From: Zootoca vivipara
Taxonomy: Eukaryota
Direction of reading: 5' to 3'
Assembly: GCF_963506605.1 (NCBI RefSeq)
Contig: NC_083277.1
Location: 5,704,001-5,768,000 of the forward strand
Length of the DNA: 64,000 nt
Below, one piece after another: positions 38,546-51,678 of the stretch. Both the position numbers and the translations under genes were made by a program. Below the pieces are notes generated by a model. The model was given only the letters and a program-made list of their open reading frames with translations, had not been told where the DNA came from and searched no databases. How positions within the stretch are numbered: the stretch's first letter is position 1; the number at the start of each line of letters is the position of its first letter.

Positions 38546-38893
38546 GTCCCTGTGTCAGGAGCAAGAAGCCTCAGCCTTCCTTATACCACCGAGCCACAAC
38601 TTAGCTGTTGCCCATGTTTGCTGAGGCTGATAGGAGTTGTAGTTCAGCCACATATGGAGGGACAAAGATTATGGGTACTTTTAAAAACATTTTTTTTAAA
38701 AAAAGAAAACCCTCTCTATACACCCAAACTTGAGAAAGGGAAAGCTGAGATATCTGTTAGATGAGGATGTTCTGTGGATGATGTAAAATCAAAAAAATAC
38801 AGACGACAAGCAGGTTCAAGGCCACATTGAAGTCCAGTATAGGCGGGTGTGCATTTTACAGCCTCTTACCAGCTTTTCTTTTTAAACCACCAG

Positions 38894-40503
38894 GAGATGT
38901 TTGGAGGATCTTGGCTGAGGGGGACCCATCTGAAGGGCCACATGAAAGAGCTGAGGAGCAACAGAAGTTAAGGATTCAAGATGGAACCAACAGACAAGAG
39001 GGCAGAGGAACGCAGAAGGTGGGGAGGGAACCCACTGCTTCTCAGGTTAACGAAAATCAGATAACGCACACAGGGGACAAACCTAAAGAATGTTTGGAGG
39101 GTGGAAAGAACGTCAGTGACAGAGCCTACCTTATTTTTCATAAAAGATGTCATACAGCAGAAAAGCCATATAAATGCTGGGAGTGTGGAAAAGGCTTCAG
39201 TCGGAAAGAACACCTTACTCTGCATCAAAGAATTCATACAGGCGAGAAACCTCATAAATGCAGGGAGTGTGGAAAGAGCTTCAGGCACAGTGACTCCCTC
39301 ACTAGGCATCAAAGAATTCATACTGGGGAGAAACCTTATAAGTGTTTGGAATGTGGAAAGAGCTTTATTCAGTGTAGCGTTCTCACAAGACATAAAAGAA
39401 CTCATACAGGGGATAAACCTTATAGATGCTGGGAGTGTGGAAAGAGCTTTAGTGACAATGGCACTCTTACGAAACATCAAAGAACTCACACAGGGGGAAA
39501 ACCTTATAGATGTTTGGAGTGCGGAAAGAACTTCAGTCACATAAAGTCCCTTACTTTCCATAAAAGAAGGCATGCAGGGAGAAAACCTTATGAATGCTTG
39601 GAATGTGGAAAGAGCTTTAGTGTGCGTAGCCAGCTCAGAAGACACATAAGAATTCATACAGGGGAGAAACCTTATAAATGTTTGGAGTGCGGAAAAAGTT
39701 TCAGCCGGAGTGGCCACCTTTCACAACATCAAGGAACTCACACAGGGGAAAAACCTTATAAATGCTTGGCGTGTGACAAGTGTTTTAGTCAGAGTGTTCA
39801 CCTTACTCTGCATCTAAGAACTCATACAGGGGAAAAACCTTATAAGTGTTCAGAGTGTGAGAAGAGCTTCAGTCAGAATAGTCACCTCATCATGCATAAA
39901 AGAACCCATACAGGGGAGAAACCTTATAGATGTTTGGAGTGCGGAAAGAGCTTCACTGTCAGTTCATCCCTTTCTAAACATCAAAGAATTCATACAGGGG
40001 AAAAACCTTATGAATGTTTGGTGTGTGGAAAGAACTTCAGTCGCCTAGATTCACTAACTTTGCACAAAAAAAGGCATACAGGGGAGAAACCTTATAAATG
40101 CTGGGAGTGTGGAAAGAGCTTTAGTGGCTCCCTTACTCAGCATCTAAGAACTCATACAGGGGAGAAACCTTATAAATGTTTGAAGTGTGACAAGAGTTTT
40201 AGTCAGAGTGGTCACCTTACTCAGCATCTAAGGACCCATACCGGGGAGAAACCTTATAAATGCTCGCTGTGTGGAAAGAGCTTCAGTGGCTCCCTTACTC
40301 AGCATCTAAGAACTCATACAGGGGAAAAACCTTATAAATGTTTGAAGTGTGACAAGAGTTTTAGTCAGAGTGGTCACCTTACTCAGCATCTAAGAACTCA
40401 TACCGGGGAGAAACCTTACAATTGCTTGGAGTGTGGAAAGAACTTCACTTACAGATATTCCCTTAACTCGCATCAAATAATTCATAGAAGGGAAACATCT
40501 TAA
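38894..40503 (+). CDS. Unit D C2H2 zinc-finger exon (16 fingers, two with 2-aa deletions, plus one degenerate)
   Basis: ORF 38827-40503; phase-1 acceptor caccag at 38893. Confidence 0.9.
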
Positions 40504-40715
40504 GCTTGGAAGGTGGAAAAATATCCAGTGATCTCAAGAGGTCCTGTAGAGAGCAAATGAAAGATTCTACTCAGTGTTAGAATTCCCTTCCTTATCTCCA
40601 GCTTTTACAATAGACCCTTGCTTCTTCTGAAGCCTTTGGATCCCAGTATTCCTTCCATTTTAGAGGGGAAAGGGGCTTTTGCTTTCAACATGCTTTTTCA
40701 GTATGGAAGCAGTTT

Positions 40716-41056
40716 GGCCTCGGTCCTGTATACCTGAAGGAGCGTCTCCACCCCCATCATTCAGCCCGGACACTAAGATCCAGCACCGAGGGCCTTCTGG
40801 CAGTTCCCTCATTGCGAGAAGTGAGGTTGCAGGGAACCAGACAGAGGGCCTTCTCGGTAGTGGCACCGCCCTGTGGAACGCCCTCCTAGCAGATGTCAAG
40901 GAAATAAGCAACTATTCTACTTTTAGAAGACAACTGAAGGTGGCCCTGTTTAGGGAAGTTTTTTATGTTTGATGCTGTACTGTTTTTAATATTCAGTTGG
41001 AAGCCGCCCAGAGTGGCTGGGGAAACTCAGCCAGATGGGCGGGGTATAAATAATAA

Positions 41057-41099
<43 letters not shown>
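40716..41099 (+). mobile_element. L2 3' end with (TTA)n tail, downstream of D
   Basis: Ends GGGCGGGGTATAAATAATAAA(TTA)n; absent from the paralogous 3' region of E near 52770. Confidence 0.85.
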
Positions 41100-41101
<2 letters not shown>

Positions 41102-42613
41102 TGTAAGCCAGTGTGAGGGACGGGCAGGTGTTTGAGTGGTGGGTGGGATAGGTAGTGGAAGATTTACAGGGAGGTTCAGTGCCACCTCTGAGGCAAGAGG
41201 TGGTCATAGAGGAGAGCCAAACTGAAGGCAGGAGAGGGGTTGCAGGAAGTCTCCGAGGTGGAAGAGAAGGTCCCAGAAAGAGTCTTGCCATTGGACTCTC
41301 CTCAAACCCCTCACCCACTGTCTCCACTGACAACGAGGGGCATAAAGCAATAGCAACAAGGATCGCCTCTTTCCATATGAACCTACCTGGACCATGAGGT
41401 CATCTTCTGAGACCCTTCTTCATGTGCCTCCTCCGTGAGAGGCCTGGAGTGTGGCAACACGATAACGGGGCCTTTTCTGCAGTGGCTCCCCATCTGTGGA
41501 ATACTTTCCTCAGGGAGGTTCACCTGGAGCCTAGGCACTAGGCAAAAGCCTTTCTCCTTAACCAGGTTTCTGGCTGATTTACATCTAATGCCCTTTTAGA
41601 ATGTGGGGTTTTTGGTGTGTGTGTGTGTGTGGTTTTTGTTACAATTATATATTTTGCGTTATGTTGTGATTGTATCCTGTGAACCGCCCTGAGTTCCTCC
41701 CAGGGCTGGAAAGGGGTTCATTTCACCTTCCGTTTGCTAGTAAAACTGAATTAGTTTGTCGGGAAATGACACATGTCTAGAAATCGTTTCACCAACATGA
41801 AAAGTTTGGAAAGCTCTGCATTAGTAGGAGAACCTGAGGTCTCTTGTGAGCCTGTGCATTGGTATAATATGGTGGTCCCTGTTAGTTCACCATATTTTTT
41901 CTTTTAACATTAGCAGAAGTGTTAATTATATCCCTTGCTGATGTAACCAAGTGCTTTGCCAATAAAGACCTGAACTTCCTATTGTTTGCCCACATTGGGC
42001 TGGGGCTCTGGATTATGAACAGAAATGTAATTAATTAATTAGGGTTAGTTAGTTAATTAATTAATTAACAACTTGGAACAACTTGGAATTAATTAACAAC
42101 TTGGAAGAGACCTTGCTTTTGAATCTTGTATGCATTAAATTTTATTGTTCCATATTTTTGCTTAGTTCCAGGTGGGGGTGTTCCTTCCCCATTTCAATTT
42201 CCCAGCCTTTTTTTTTTTTTTTTGAATCCACATCCTGCCTATGGGATCTGACATTTATCTTTCATCTCTTCTAAAATTACAAAATAATAATAAAATAGTC
42301 TGATTCCTTGTAATGGCTATGCTGCAGATCTTTAATAGATGTAAATGCTTTACCTGGTATTCTGCTGACATGCATTAAGTATATTTTTCCAAAGAGTGTA
42401 GCCTCTCAGATCACCCTCTTCATGGACAAAAGGTCTCCCTCAGCCCCTGTCAGGAAGGCCAGAAATATTCTGGATATATGATAGCTCCTCTAATTGTTTC
42501 ATTGTCCAAGACATTGCTATTTGTTTCTGTTTCCAGTTGTCATGAAGTCTGGGTTGATTCTGTTTTTACTGTGTTTAGCCCCTTACGAATAAATGCTCAT
42601 TAAAAAACATGTA

Positions 42614-42855
42614 CAGTCGTACCTTGGTTCTCGAATGGAATTCGTTCCGGAATTCCGTTCGACTTCCAAAAATGTTCAAAAACCAAGGTGCAGCTTCCGA
42701 TTGGCTGCAGGAGCTTCCTGCACTCAATCGGAAGCTGTGTCGGACGTTCAGGTTCCAAAGACCGTTCGCAAACTGGAACACTCACTTCTGGGTTTGCGAC
42801 ATTTGGGAGCAAAAGCTTTCGATAACTAAGCTGTTCGAAAACCAAGCTATGACTG
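42614..42855. mobile_element. Tc1/mariner-type MITE
   Basis: CAGTCGTACCTTGG...CCAAGCTATGACTG; TA TSD; related copies at 47028-47234 and partial at 37490-37700. Confidence 0.8.
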
Positions 42856-43149
42856 TATAATAAACCTCAGGACTTTGTCAAGAAACCACAACAGGGTAGA
42901 AGGTTCATAATTTTTCCAGACAACCATGTAAAAGTTAGTGTGTTAATTGGACACCGTTTCAGACTTCATGTTTCTTCACCTTCATGAAGGTTTCAAATTT
43001 TATGCTTCTGAAATATCCAGACTAGGGGAGGGTTCTCGGTGAGATATATTTGTGCTGTGTTTGGTTCACCTCCTTTGCCCTAACCTCCAGCTCAAGGAAC
43101 CTTCAGAAGGGAGTTGCTGCCAAGGTGCATGTGAAAAGGATCCCGGAGC

Positions 43150-43530
43150 TTTAGTAGAACACAAGCTTGACATGAGTCAACCGTGTGATGCAGCAGGAGT
43201 AAAAAATAAATTAATGCTATTCTAGCCTGCATCCACAGAATTAGTGTCAAGGGAAGTAATAGTACTACTCTCCTGCCTTGATCAGACCACATCTGAAAGG
43301 CTATCACATGGAAGAGAGAGCAATCACTTTATGACAGGAAGAGCTGTTGGACATTGGAACGGTTTCCTGGTCTCCCTTTGGAGGTTGTGCACTCTCCTTC
43401 CTTGGTGGAATTTAAGCAGAGTTTGGCTGGTACCTGCCATGGATGCTTTACGGAGATTCCTGCATTGCAGGGGGTTGGACTAGATGGTCCTCTGGGTCCA
43501 ATCCAACTCTGCAATTCTATTATTCTGATT
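43150..43530 (+). mobile_element. Degraded CR1 3' fragment
   Basis: GGGTTGGACTAGATGG...CCAACTCT...ATTCTA tail. Confidence 0.65.
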
Positions 43531-43667
43531 CTAATGTTTATTCCTTTCAACATGCTTGTTTTATACATTTTAAGTAAGGATGTTGAGATCAAATTATTGT
43601 GCATTTTAACATATATGGATGTATTTTATATAGGTGTAAGCCTCCTAAACACGACACTATTTATTTG

Positions 43668-43834
43668 TATAAGCGTCTGGGGACTTCTGCTTCAGTGTAT
43701 CTGAAGAAGTGTGCATGCACACGAAAGCTCATACCTATGACAAGCTTAGTTGGTCTCTAAGGTGCTGCTGGAAGGAATTTTTTTATTTTGTTTCGACTAC
43801 GTCAGACCAACACGGCTACCTACCTGTAACTAGA
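43668..43834 (+). mobile_element. Penelope pLTR with intact hammerhead motif (43697-43734)
   Basis: TSD ACTATTTATTTG; motif identical to 16015-16052. Confidence 0.85.
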
Positions 43835-44189
43835 ACTATTTATTTGAGACATTGTAACTTGCTCATCAGCAAAATAGGCCCCCATGAGGGGAGAGGGACA
43901 CGGTACCTGTTCAGAACTGGTTCTCCCTACAATGACAAGTTGGTACAGTTCAGGGAAAGGAGGTCAAGACCTGGTTACTTCTTTTTAGAATTATTTGCTG
44001 TATTTTAAAATAGTTATTCATATCCATATATTTTCACCATATGGAAGTTTAATGCCTCTTTAATCTCTTTAATGGTAAAGATGATCTTTCTACGATCTCA
44101 GAGTCAGACTCTCAATTTAAAATAATAATAGCAGCAGCAGGAACAACAACAACATTGATGATGATTATATGGTACTAAGGCTGCCCATG

Positions 44190-44650
44190 GTCACGGGATC
44201 CTGCATGGGGCACCTGCTGAAAAAGAGGATCGTGCACTCAGGGCCTGATCCTGCAGGGCTTTCCAGAGAAAATCGGGGCGCCTCTCGCGCTCCGCTCGGA
44301 GCAGCCAACAGTTTACTTCTGATCGGTTCCGCAAGGGTTAACCAGAGGCACAGAGCCGAGATTCCTAGAGCGGAAGGGGAGTCCGTCGCCTGAGGAGGAG
44401 CTTCCGCTTCCTGTCCCATGCCTGTCATTCCCGTGGCAGGCGGCTGCTTGGCCTGGAGGGGCTTCTGTCCTGATCCCGGAGGAACTTCTCCCGTTCTCCT
44501 CTCGCCCCCGGGTCAGATGCGGGGAAGGAGAGACGGAGAGGAGGAGGAGGGAAGAGCTGGGACTCCCATAGGGCAGGAGAAGAGGCTTCTCGGAGGAGGA
44601 CGAAGGCAAGGCGGGCCCCGCGCACCTTAACCCGAGAGAGAGAAAAAGGT
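44190..44650 (+). promoter_or_regulatory. Unit E promoter/first-exon module
   Basis: CpG-rich paralogous module. Confidence 0.65.
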
Positions 44651-45900
44651 TTTTAAATAGAGAATCAAAAGTGTTCCTCTGCACTGATAATATTTCGTAG
44701 AAAAATGTCGGCCCCTCATAATGTATCTACTATTTTATTTTATTTTCAAAATATCTAAACCCTTTATCAGAAAAGTATTGAAGTGGCATACAGATTAAAA
44801 TAAAGGTAGAGCACAGCTAAAATTCACAAACCCATGCAGAACTGTTATGCACAAAGGCTTCATTCCTCTCTGCGTCCCTCTTGCCTGCTGGGGATTTTCA
44901 AAAAATCCATTAGGTGTGGGCAATTTCTTTCAATCATAGTTTTCTCTGTGTGTCTCCCCCCCCCCCCGTATTAAATTTAGTCACCCAGGCATTGACATCC
45001 TATGAAAAGAAAGGACCTCTTGCAAATTTACCGGCATTTTAGTGCAGATTTCTACTAATGAACGCATAGCTTCCCTAATACGGTATTTATATCTGTCCTA
45101 ATATAATGTATTTCTGTATATAATTTTTCCTAAAATCATGCTTTTCTATGTGCTCTTTCCCTTTATCACCTGGCAGGGCAAATCCAGATCTTTCTCCCTC
45201 TTTCCCTGCTACACTGTCTACTACAATTTTGACAGGTGGGTGACCTTGTGTTTCCTTGTACTCTAATAGACCGGGGGGGGGGGCAAGGCACACCCTAAAA
45301 CAATGGAAAATGTTATGCAGCTGTTCCTCATGTAACTTGGGATAATTTTACGTGGCTTGATTCTCTGTTTGAAATTTTCTGGATCCTATATCCTAGATAC
45401 AAGATTTATCTCTTAATACCACTTATCTAAGGCCTGTAATTTCACTCTGGATTGGTAGCTGAGTTTTTTCGTCAGTTCAGTGGCTGTGTATTTTGGTGGA
45501 GTTCAGGCAGGCCTATGGAGAATTCAGCAACGGTTAAATTGTAGATAATTTTAATCTTGCCTATTCGTTTTCTGAGTAGACATAAGTTTAAAAGTTAAGT
45601 TGTATATTTATAAATCTACAACTCCAGAACCATCATTTGTATATGCTGTTGCTTATTTCTCCCTCATTCATACGTTTCCTCAATGTGTGATGTGCTGCTG
45701 ATTTCTGTTTGATAATCTTTTGCTCATACCTTTCATAAGTTCAAAGGCTTTTACTGGTCTTCTGTTGAGGTATTTAAAATAAATCTCTCCAAAAACTCTT
45801 TAGCTTCTCAGGTCCTGTTTGATTGCCACAGTCTTGCTCATTTTGACAAATTAAGAATGTCATTTCGAGTGACCACCACTTACCTTTCACAGGCTGTGCA

Positions 45901-46073
45901 ATGGCATTGGAGCAACACTGTGGATCCTTGCTGCTTTACCCTGGAGAGAAAGCAACCACCATGCTTAGAGTTGGTCTCTAAGGTGCTACTGGAAGGAATT
46001 TCTTTATTTTGTTTCAACTACGGCAGACCAACACGGCTACCTACCTATAACTAGAACCATGCGTCCAGTTGAG
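45901..46073 (+). CDS. Unit E first coding exon, interrupted by a 91-bp Penelope fragment (45965-46055)
   Basis: ATG 45901 now stops at TAA 45979-45981; TSD ACCATGC; ATG at 46059 gives MRPVE then gtagga donor in phase 0. Confidence 0.8.
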
Positions 46074-47739
46074 GTAGGAGAAAGGTCATCAGGTAGAGAT
46101 GTTGGGGATAGCGGGAGTGCGTCCTTCCTTGTAAGAGAGGGCCTGACTCTTATCCCTGTGCTTCTGAGGGTGCCGCCTGAGGAAGTGGGTTGGCTTGACT
46201 GAGTTTTGCTCATGAAACCTCGAACATGACCTAAGAAGAGCCTAGCTGGTGGATCAGGCCATTAACCCACCTAGTCCAGCATCCTATTCCCACAGTGACC
46301 AGGGGATGCCTCTGGGAAATTAGCAACCAGGAGCTGAGCACCACATGCCTCTTCAGGTGCTTCCCAGGAACTGCCCAAAGCAAGAGCAGGCAGCACACGG
46401 TCATCATAGCTGATAGTCAATCATAACCTTATCTGCTACGAATTTGCCTAGTTCTCTTTTAATTTTGTGGCTATTACTGCATGTTGCGTTAGTGAATTGC
46501 AGAGTTTAACATTGTGGAGAAGTGGTTCCTTTAGTTTGCCCTTAATCTGTGCACAATTAGCTCCATTGGACAGCCTGGGACTACAGTATCATCCTAGATG
46601 GAGAAACACCTCCCTGTCTCCCATTTCCCCATCCTTTGCATACCTCTGTACATCTCTTATCATGTTCCTTCTGAAGCACTTTTGTTCCAAATTAGAAACT
46701 CCTCATATATCTCCAACCCCTTGATTATTTTCTTTGTCCCCCAACATTTTCTGGCTCTACAAATTATTACCGTACAGTTTTCTAAGGAGACCTGCACCAT
46801 CTGCATGATGTATATCTGCATGGTGATATTGGCAGCTTTATTTTGAATCACTTTACCAATGCTCTCTAACCATTTCCCAACTTCCACACACTGTGCCAAT
46901 TTCTTTACTGAGCTATCTGTCTCTCCTGCTCATTCATCACCGACTCGGATCCCATGAGTAGTCTAGTTAAATTAGAATCATTTTTCTTGAATGTGCATTA
47001 CTTAAACTTGCTTACAAGTTTGAATTACAGTTGTACCTTGGTTGCCGAACGCCTGGGGACTCCCAAACAATTGAAAACCAGTAGTGAGTGTTCCGGTTTT
47101 TGAATGATTTTCAGAAACTGAATGTCCAGCGCTGCTCCTGCAGCCAATTGGAAGTCGCACCTTGGTTTTTGAATAGTTCTGGGAGTTGAACGGACTCCTG
47201 GAATGCATTCTGTTCGAGAACCAAGGTATGACTACTTGCTTAAACACCTTGAATTACGTTTGCTGTTCAGTGTTCAATTCAATTTGAAGACGTCCTGTTG
47301 GAGCTCTCCGCAATACTCTCTTGTGAACAGTTGGGTGCCATCAGCAAACTTGGCTACCTAACTGCTCAGCACTGACTCCAGGTCATATATAAGCTATTTA
47401 AAAAGCACTCATCCCAATACTGATCCTTAGGGGCCTTCACTTCTAGCATCCCTTCCTTGTGAGAGTTGGCCATTTCTTCCCATTCTCCTCTTTCTGTTCT
47501 TTAAGCAGTTGCTGATCCATAAGGCGGGCTCTCTTCTTATTCCATGACTCACCAAGACGTTGGTGAGGGACTGTACTAAAAGAATTTGGGTGCGCTGTCA
47601 AAAAATCAAATGGCTCGTCAGTCACCCTTGCAGAAGCCATGCTGCTTCTGCTTCAGCAAGGCTTGTTCTACTATACATTTGGTTATGTTGTTGTCTTTAA
47701 TAATGTTCCCCATCAGTTTTCCTGAAAGAGACCTTAATC

Positions 47740-47875
47740 CAGGCATCCCCAGACTTCGGCCCTCCAGATGTTTTGGACTACAATTCCCATCTTCCCCAAC
47801 CACTGGTCCTGTTAGCTAGGGATCATGGGAGTTGTAGGCCAAAACATCTGGAGGGCCGCAGTTTGGGGATGCCTG
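47740..47875. mobile_element. Palindromic hAT MITE
   Basis: Same family as 5911-6046; related elements at 48014-48149 and 49600-49735. Confidence 0.8.
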
Positions 47876-48312
47876 CAACTAAACTGGTTTCTGGAAACTT
47901 TTTTTAAAAAATGTCACTACCTTTGCTTCCCTCTTGAAGGACAGGAAGATGGGCAATCTCACATACAAGTTACACGTTATTGTTAGAAGATTTGACTTCT
48001 TTAAGAACTAATGCAGTGTTTCTCAAATTTGGGTCCTTAGCTGTTGTTGGACTGCAGTTCCCATCATCCCTAGCTAGCATGACCAGTCCTCAGGGATGGT
48101 AGGAGCTGTAGTCCAACAAAAGCTGCAGACCCAAAATTGAAAAACACTGAGCTAATGGGTAGATGCAACATGCATTTGTTGGTCTCTGAACACTAAAGGT
48201 AGAATCCCCAGTTGCTCCGTCTCCCATTGCAGTGGGAGTGGAGGAGAGATGCTGCCCCACATCTTGCCTTTTGAGTATCTCAAGGAAGGGTTTGTGTGTT
48301 TTTTTCTTCCAG

Positions 48313-48439
48313 GGATCAGAGAGCTTCGAAGAGCTGTTCTTGAATTTCACCAACGAGGAATGGGCCTTGCTGGATCCATACCAGAGAGCTCTGTATGAGG
48401 AGGTCATGCTGGAGATTCATGAGATGGTGGCGTCTCTGG
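48313..48439 (+). CDS. Unit E KRAB-A exon
   Basis: [42 protein letters not shown]; 127 nt; canonical AG/GT. Confidence 0.9.
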
Positions 48440-48834
48440 GTAAATATCCCTTTTCCCCTTAATCAGTAACTATGGGAGGTATAAATTCCTGTTGGTGGTA
48501 CTATCAATTAGCTCACTAGAAAGAGTGTTGGGATTTTCATCTGGACAAAAGAACATTTGAAGAACCATGCAAATGCCTATGTAGTCCACAATTTGATTCT
48601 CACAGTAGCCAACCAGGTGCTCAGAGGAAGCCCAAAAGCAGGACATGCATCTGATATAGGCATTAAAGAGTGGACACATTGGCTATGAGGTACTTATGCA
48701 AATCCCTGCAAATCTGATTTTGCCCCTGAGCATACCATGCTGAACCACAATTCTGAATCATCCTACTTGTCCCTGGCCATGCTTGCTGGGGCTGAAGGGT
48801 GCTGCAGTTTAGCAGCATCCTAAGACACTCAAAA

Positions 48835-49194
48835 GGGACCCAGGTGGCGCTGTGGGTTAAACCACAGAGTCTAGGGCTTGCTGATCAGAAGGTCGGCAGT
48901 TTGAATCCCTGCAACGGGGTGAGCTCCCGTTGCTCGGTCCCAGCTCCTGCCCACCTAGCAGTTCGAAAGCACATCAAAAGTGCAAGTAGATAAATAGGAA
49001 CCGCTCCGGCGGGAAGGTAAACGGCATTTTCGTGCGCTGCTCTGGTTCGCCAGAAGCAGCTTTGTCATGCTGGCCACACGACCCAGAAGCTGTCTGTGGA
49101 CAAACGCCGGCTCCCTTGGCCTATAGAGCGAGATGAGCGCCACAACCCCAGAGTCGGACATGACTGGACCTGATGGTCAGGGGCCCCTTTACCT
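48835..49194 (+). mobile_element. Sauria SINE
   Basis: Full-length family match; TSD TAAGACACTCAAA. Confidence 0.9.
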
Positions 49195-50191
49195 TAAGAC
49201 ACTCAAAGGTTCTTCACTCTTGCCATAAAGACCAGACCATTTGTGTGTGGTTTTTTAAAGTCTCTAGTCCAGTGGTGGCGAACCTTTTAGAGAAAGAGTC
49301 ACATTTTGGGTTCTGGAAGGGATTTTTCCTTCCAGTAGGACTGATTAGTTTCCTTCCGGTATTTCCCCAAAGTGTGCAGCTTGGCTCACTTTCTTGTGTT
49401 GCCCTCTGCAGGCATTTGCTCTGCAGGCCCATTTTGGTGGTGCTCCTAGCACAGTGATGGCGAACCTTTTAGAGACCGAGTGCCCAAACTGCAACCCAAA
49501 ACCCACTTATTTCTCGCAAAGTGCCAACACGGCAATTTAACCTGAATACTGAGGGTTGAGTTTAGAAAAAACAACTCATACATTAGGGTTAATGTAACCC
49601 AGGCATCCCCAAACTTCGGCCCTCCAGATGTTTTGGACTACATTTCCCATCTTCCCCAACCACTGATCCTGTTAGCACGGGATCATGGGAGTTGTAGGCC
49701 AAAACATCTGAAGGGCCGCAGTTTGGGGATGCCTGAGTAACCCGTTCCATTGATATATAATTTTGTGTAATAATTCAGTGCTTTTTTCCCTTTTAAAATG
49801 CTTAGGGATACTATCATTTTCACTCAGGAAAATTACCATCGGGGAAAACAAATACAGTTCTAATTGGGGATAATAAATACAGTGAATTTCTTCTCCCTTT
49901 AAATTCATAAAATGTTTAGGGGTATGCGCCCCCTTGCATCCCCACCGAAAAAAGCACTGGTGTTACTCCAACACCATGGCTCATCCAACTATGGCTCATA
50001 GTGTTATGAGCCATCAAACGTTGGAAATACACTTTTCCCATAAGGTTCACTGGGGGGCTGTACTAAGAGCCACTAAGAGCTTTGGGGGGGGATTGTCCAC
50101 AGTTGTTGAGCTTTTGGGGGTGTTATCCAGAGTTGTTGAGCTTTTAGGGGGATTTATCATAAGTTGCTGAGCTTTTGGGGGGGATTTATTT

Positions 50192-50322
50192 ATTGAGGTC
50201 TTTAAGCGGAGGCTTGACAGCCATCTGTCAGGAATGCTTTGATGGTGTTTCCTGCTTGGCAGGGGATTGGACTGGATGGCCCTTGTAGTCTCTTCCAACT
50301 CTATGATTCTATTCTATGATTA
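50192..50322 (+). mobile_element. CR1 3' end
   Basis: GGACTGGATGGCCCTTGTAGTCTCTTCCAACTCTATGATTCTATTCTATGA. Confidence 0.8.
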
Positions 50323-50871
50323 TATCAAGAGTTGTTGAGCTTTGGTTGAGAAAATCGCTCGCCAGCATCACAGACTTACACCAATCGTCTCCACCGCAAT
50401 GGCAGCCAATCAGAAACAGCCCTTGACACAGCCACCAATCACACGCACTATCGCTGCAGAGAAGCTCCTGCTCCCATCTTTCAGAAGCCCAGAGGAGGCG
50501 GAGAGTGCAGTCCGCCTACACCAGGGGCAGCGCTCCTCCCTCACAGCCCGGAGCAGGAGGTGTGGCGGGCGAGTTGCGTGCGTGTCCCTTCTATGCACTC
50601 CCATAGATCTGTCACTTCCCCACTTGCCTCCCCCTTTCTGTGCCAGCTGGTTGGCTAGCGCGCAACTCCACCCACTGCTGTGTGCTCTGGAGCGTTTCCC
50701 ACCCGCAGTAGCATGGGGGGGGCACCGCCCACTTTGCCTACACCCAGCAACGGCCCTGCTTTGGTGACGGCGTGCATTCCCTCTTGTCCCTATGGCAAGA
50801 GCAGGAAGGGCTGGCAACTTTAAAAACCTCTTTATTCTGTTTCTGAGTTTAAGAGAAGGAAGGGTGGGCGT

Positions 50872-51532
50872 TGTAAGAATTTTAAGGTTTTATATATATA
50901 TTAACTGTCCATAAACATGTACATGAATGTACAGGCACATGTCTGAAGCAGCACAGGAAGACAGGCCTGACTGACACCATTTTGACTCTCTCTGACCAGG
51001 TGTTCTTCTGCAAGCAAGAAGGGCGGTGGGGGAAACCTTCTCATTGTCTCAGGAATTAAAGTGATAATTCCTGGCATCCTGAAACCTGAGTGCCAGACAA
51101 AAGGATGTGATTAACTTGGCTGGGAAACAGGGAAATGTAAATCCCCCCCCCACTTGATTAGGTTTTGGGGGCAGGGGGCAGGGTCCAGGATGCTCAGATT
51201 ACTGCCGCCAGACTTCCCCCTTTCATGATGTATCTATGATGAATTTAGGGAGGGCGGTCTTGGGCTATACCCCTTCTGTGACGTATGGGTCATGCTTCTG
51301 GGGGGTGGGCTGAAACCAATTTCAAATTTCTATTTAAGGGCAGGACACCTTTGTTTGGGGTTTCTTCCTTGTTCTCCTGCGTGAGGGGAAGGATCCTGTT
51401 GCAACAGCAAAAATAAAGGCTTTGCTTCTCAAAATTCTCTGGTTGGCCTCTGTTATATTCTCCAACTGATGGAGAACTCAATAAGGGCTCTTGTGTACCC
51501 CATAAGGGAATAAGGGCAGATTTTTGCTTATA
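50872..51532 (+). mobile_element. Probable solo LTR
   Basis: Starts TGTAAG and ends CTTATA (related copy at 1105 ends TTACA); TATTTAA near 51331 and AATAAA near 51412; TSD not clean. Confidence 0.65.
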
Positions 51533-51678
51533 CCATGGGCTACCGCTTCGATGAGGAGGATGTTCTTGGGATGGTGTAAAATATAAAAATAAATAAATAC
51601 ACAAGCAGATTCAAGGCCACATTAAATTCCAGTATGAGCAGATGTGCATTTTATCAGGTTTTCTTTTTAATCCACCAG

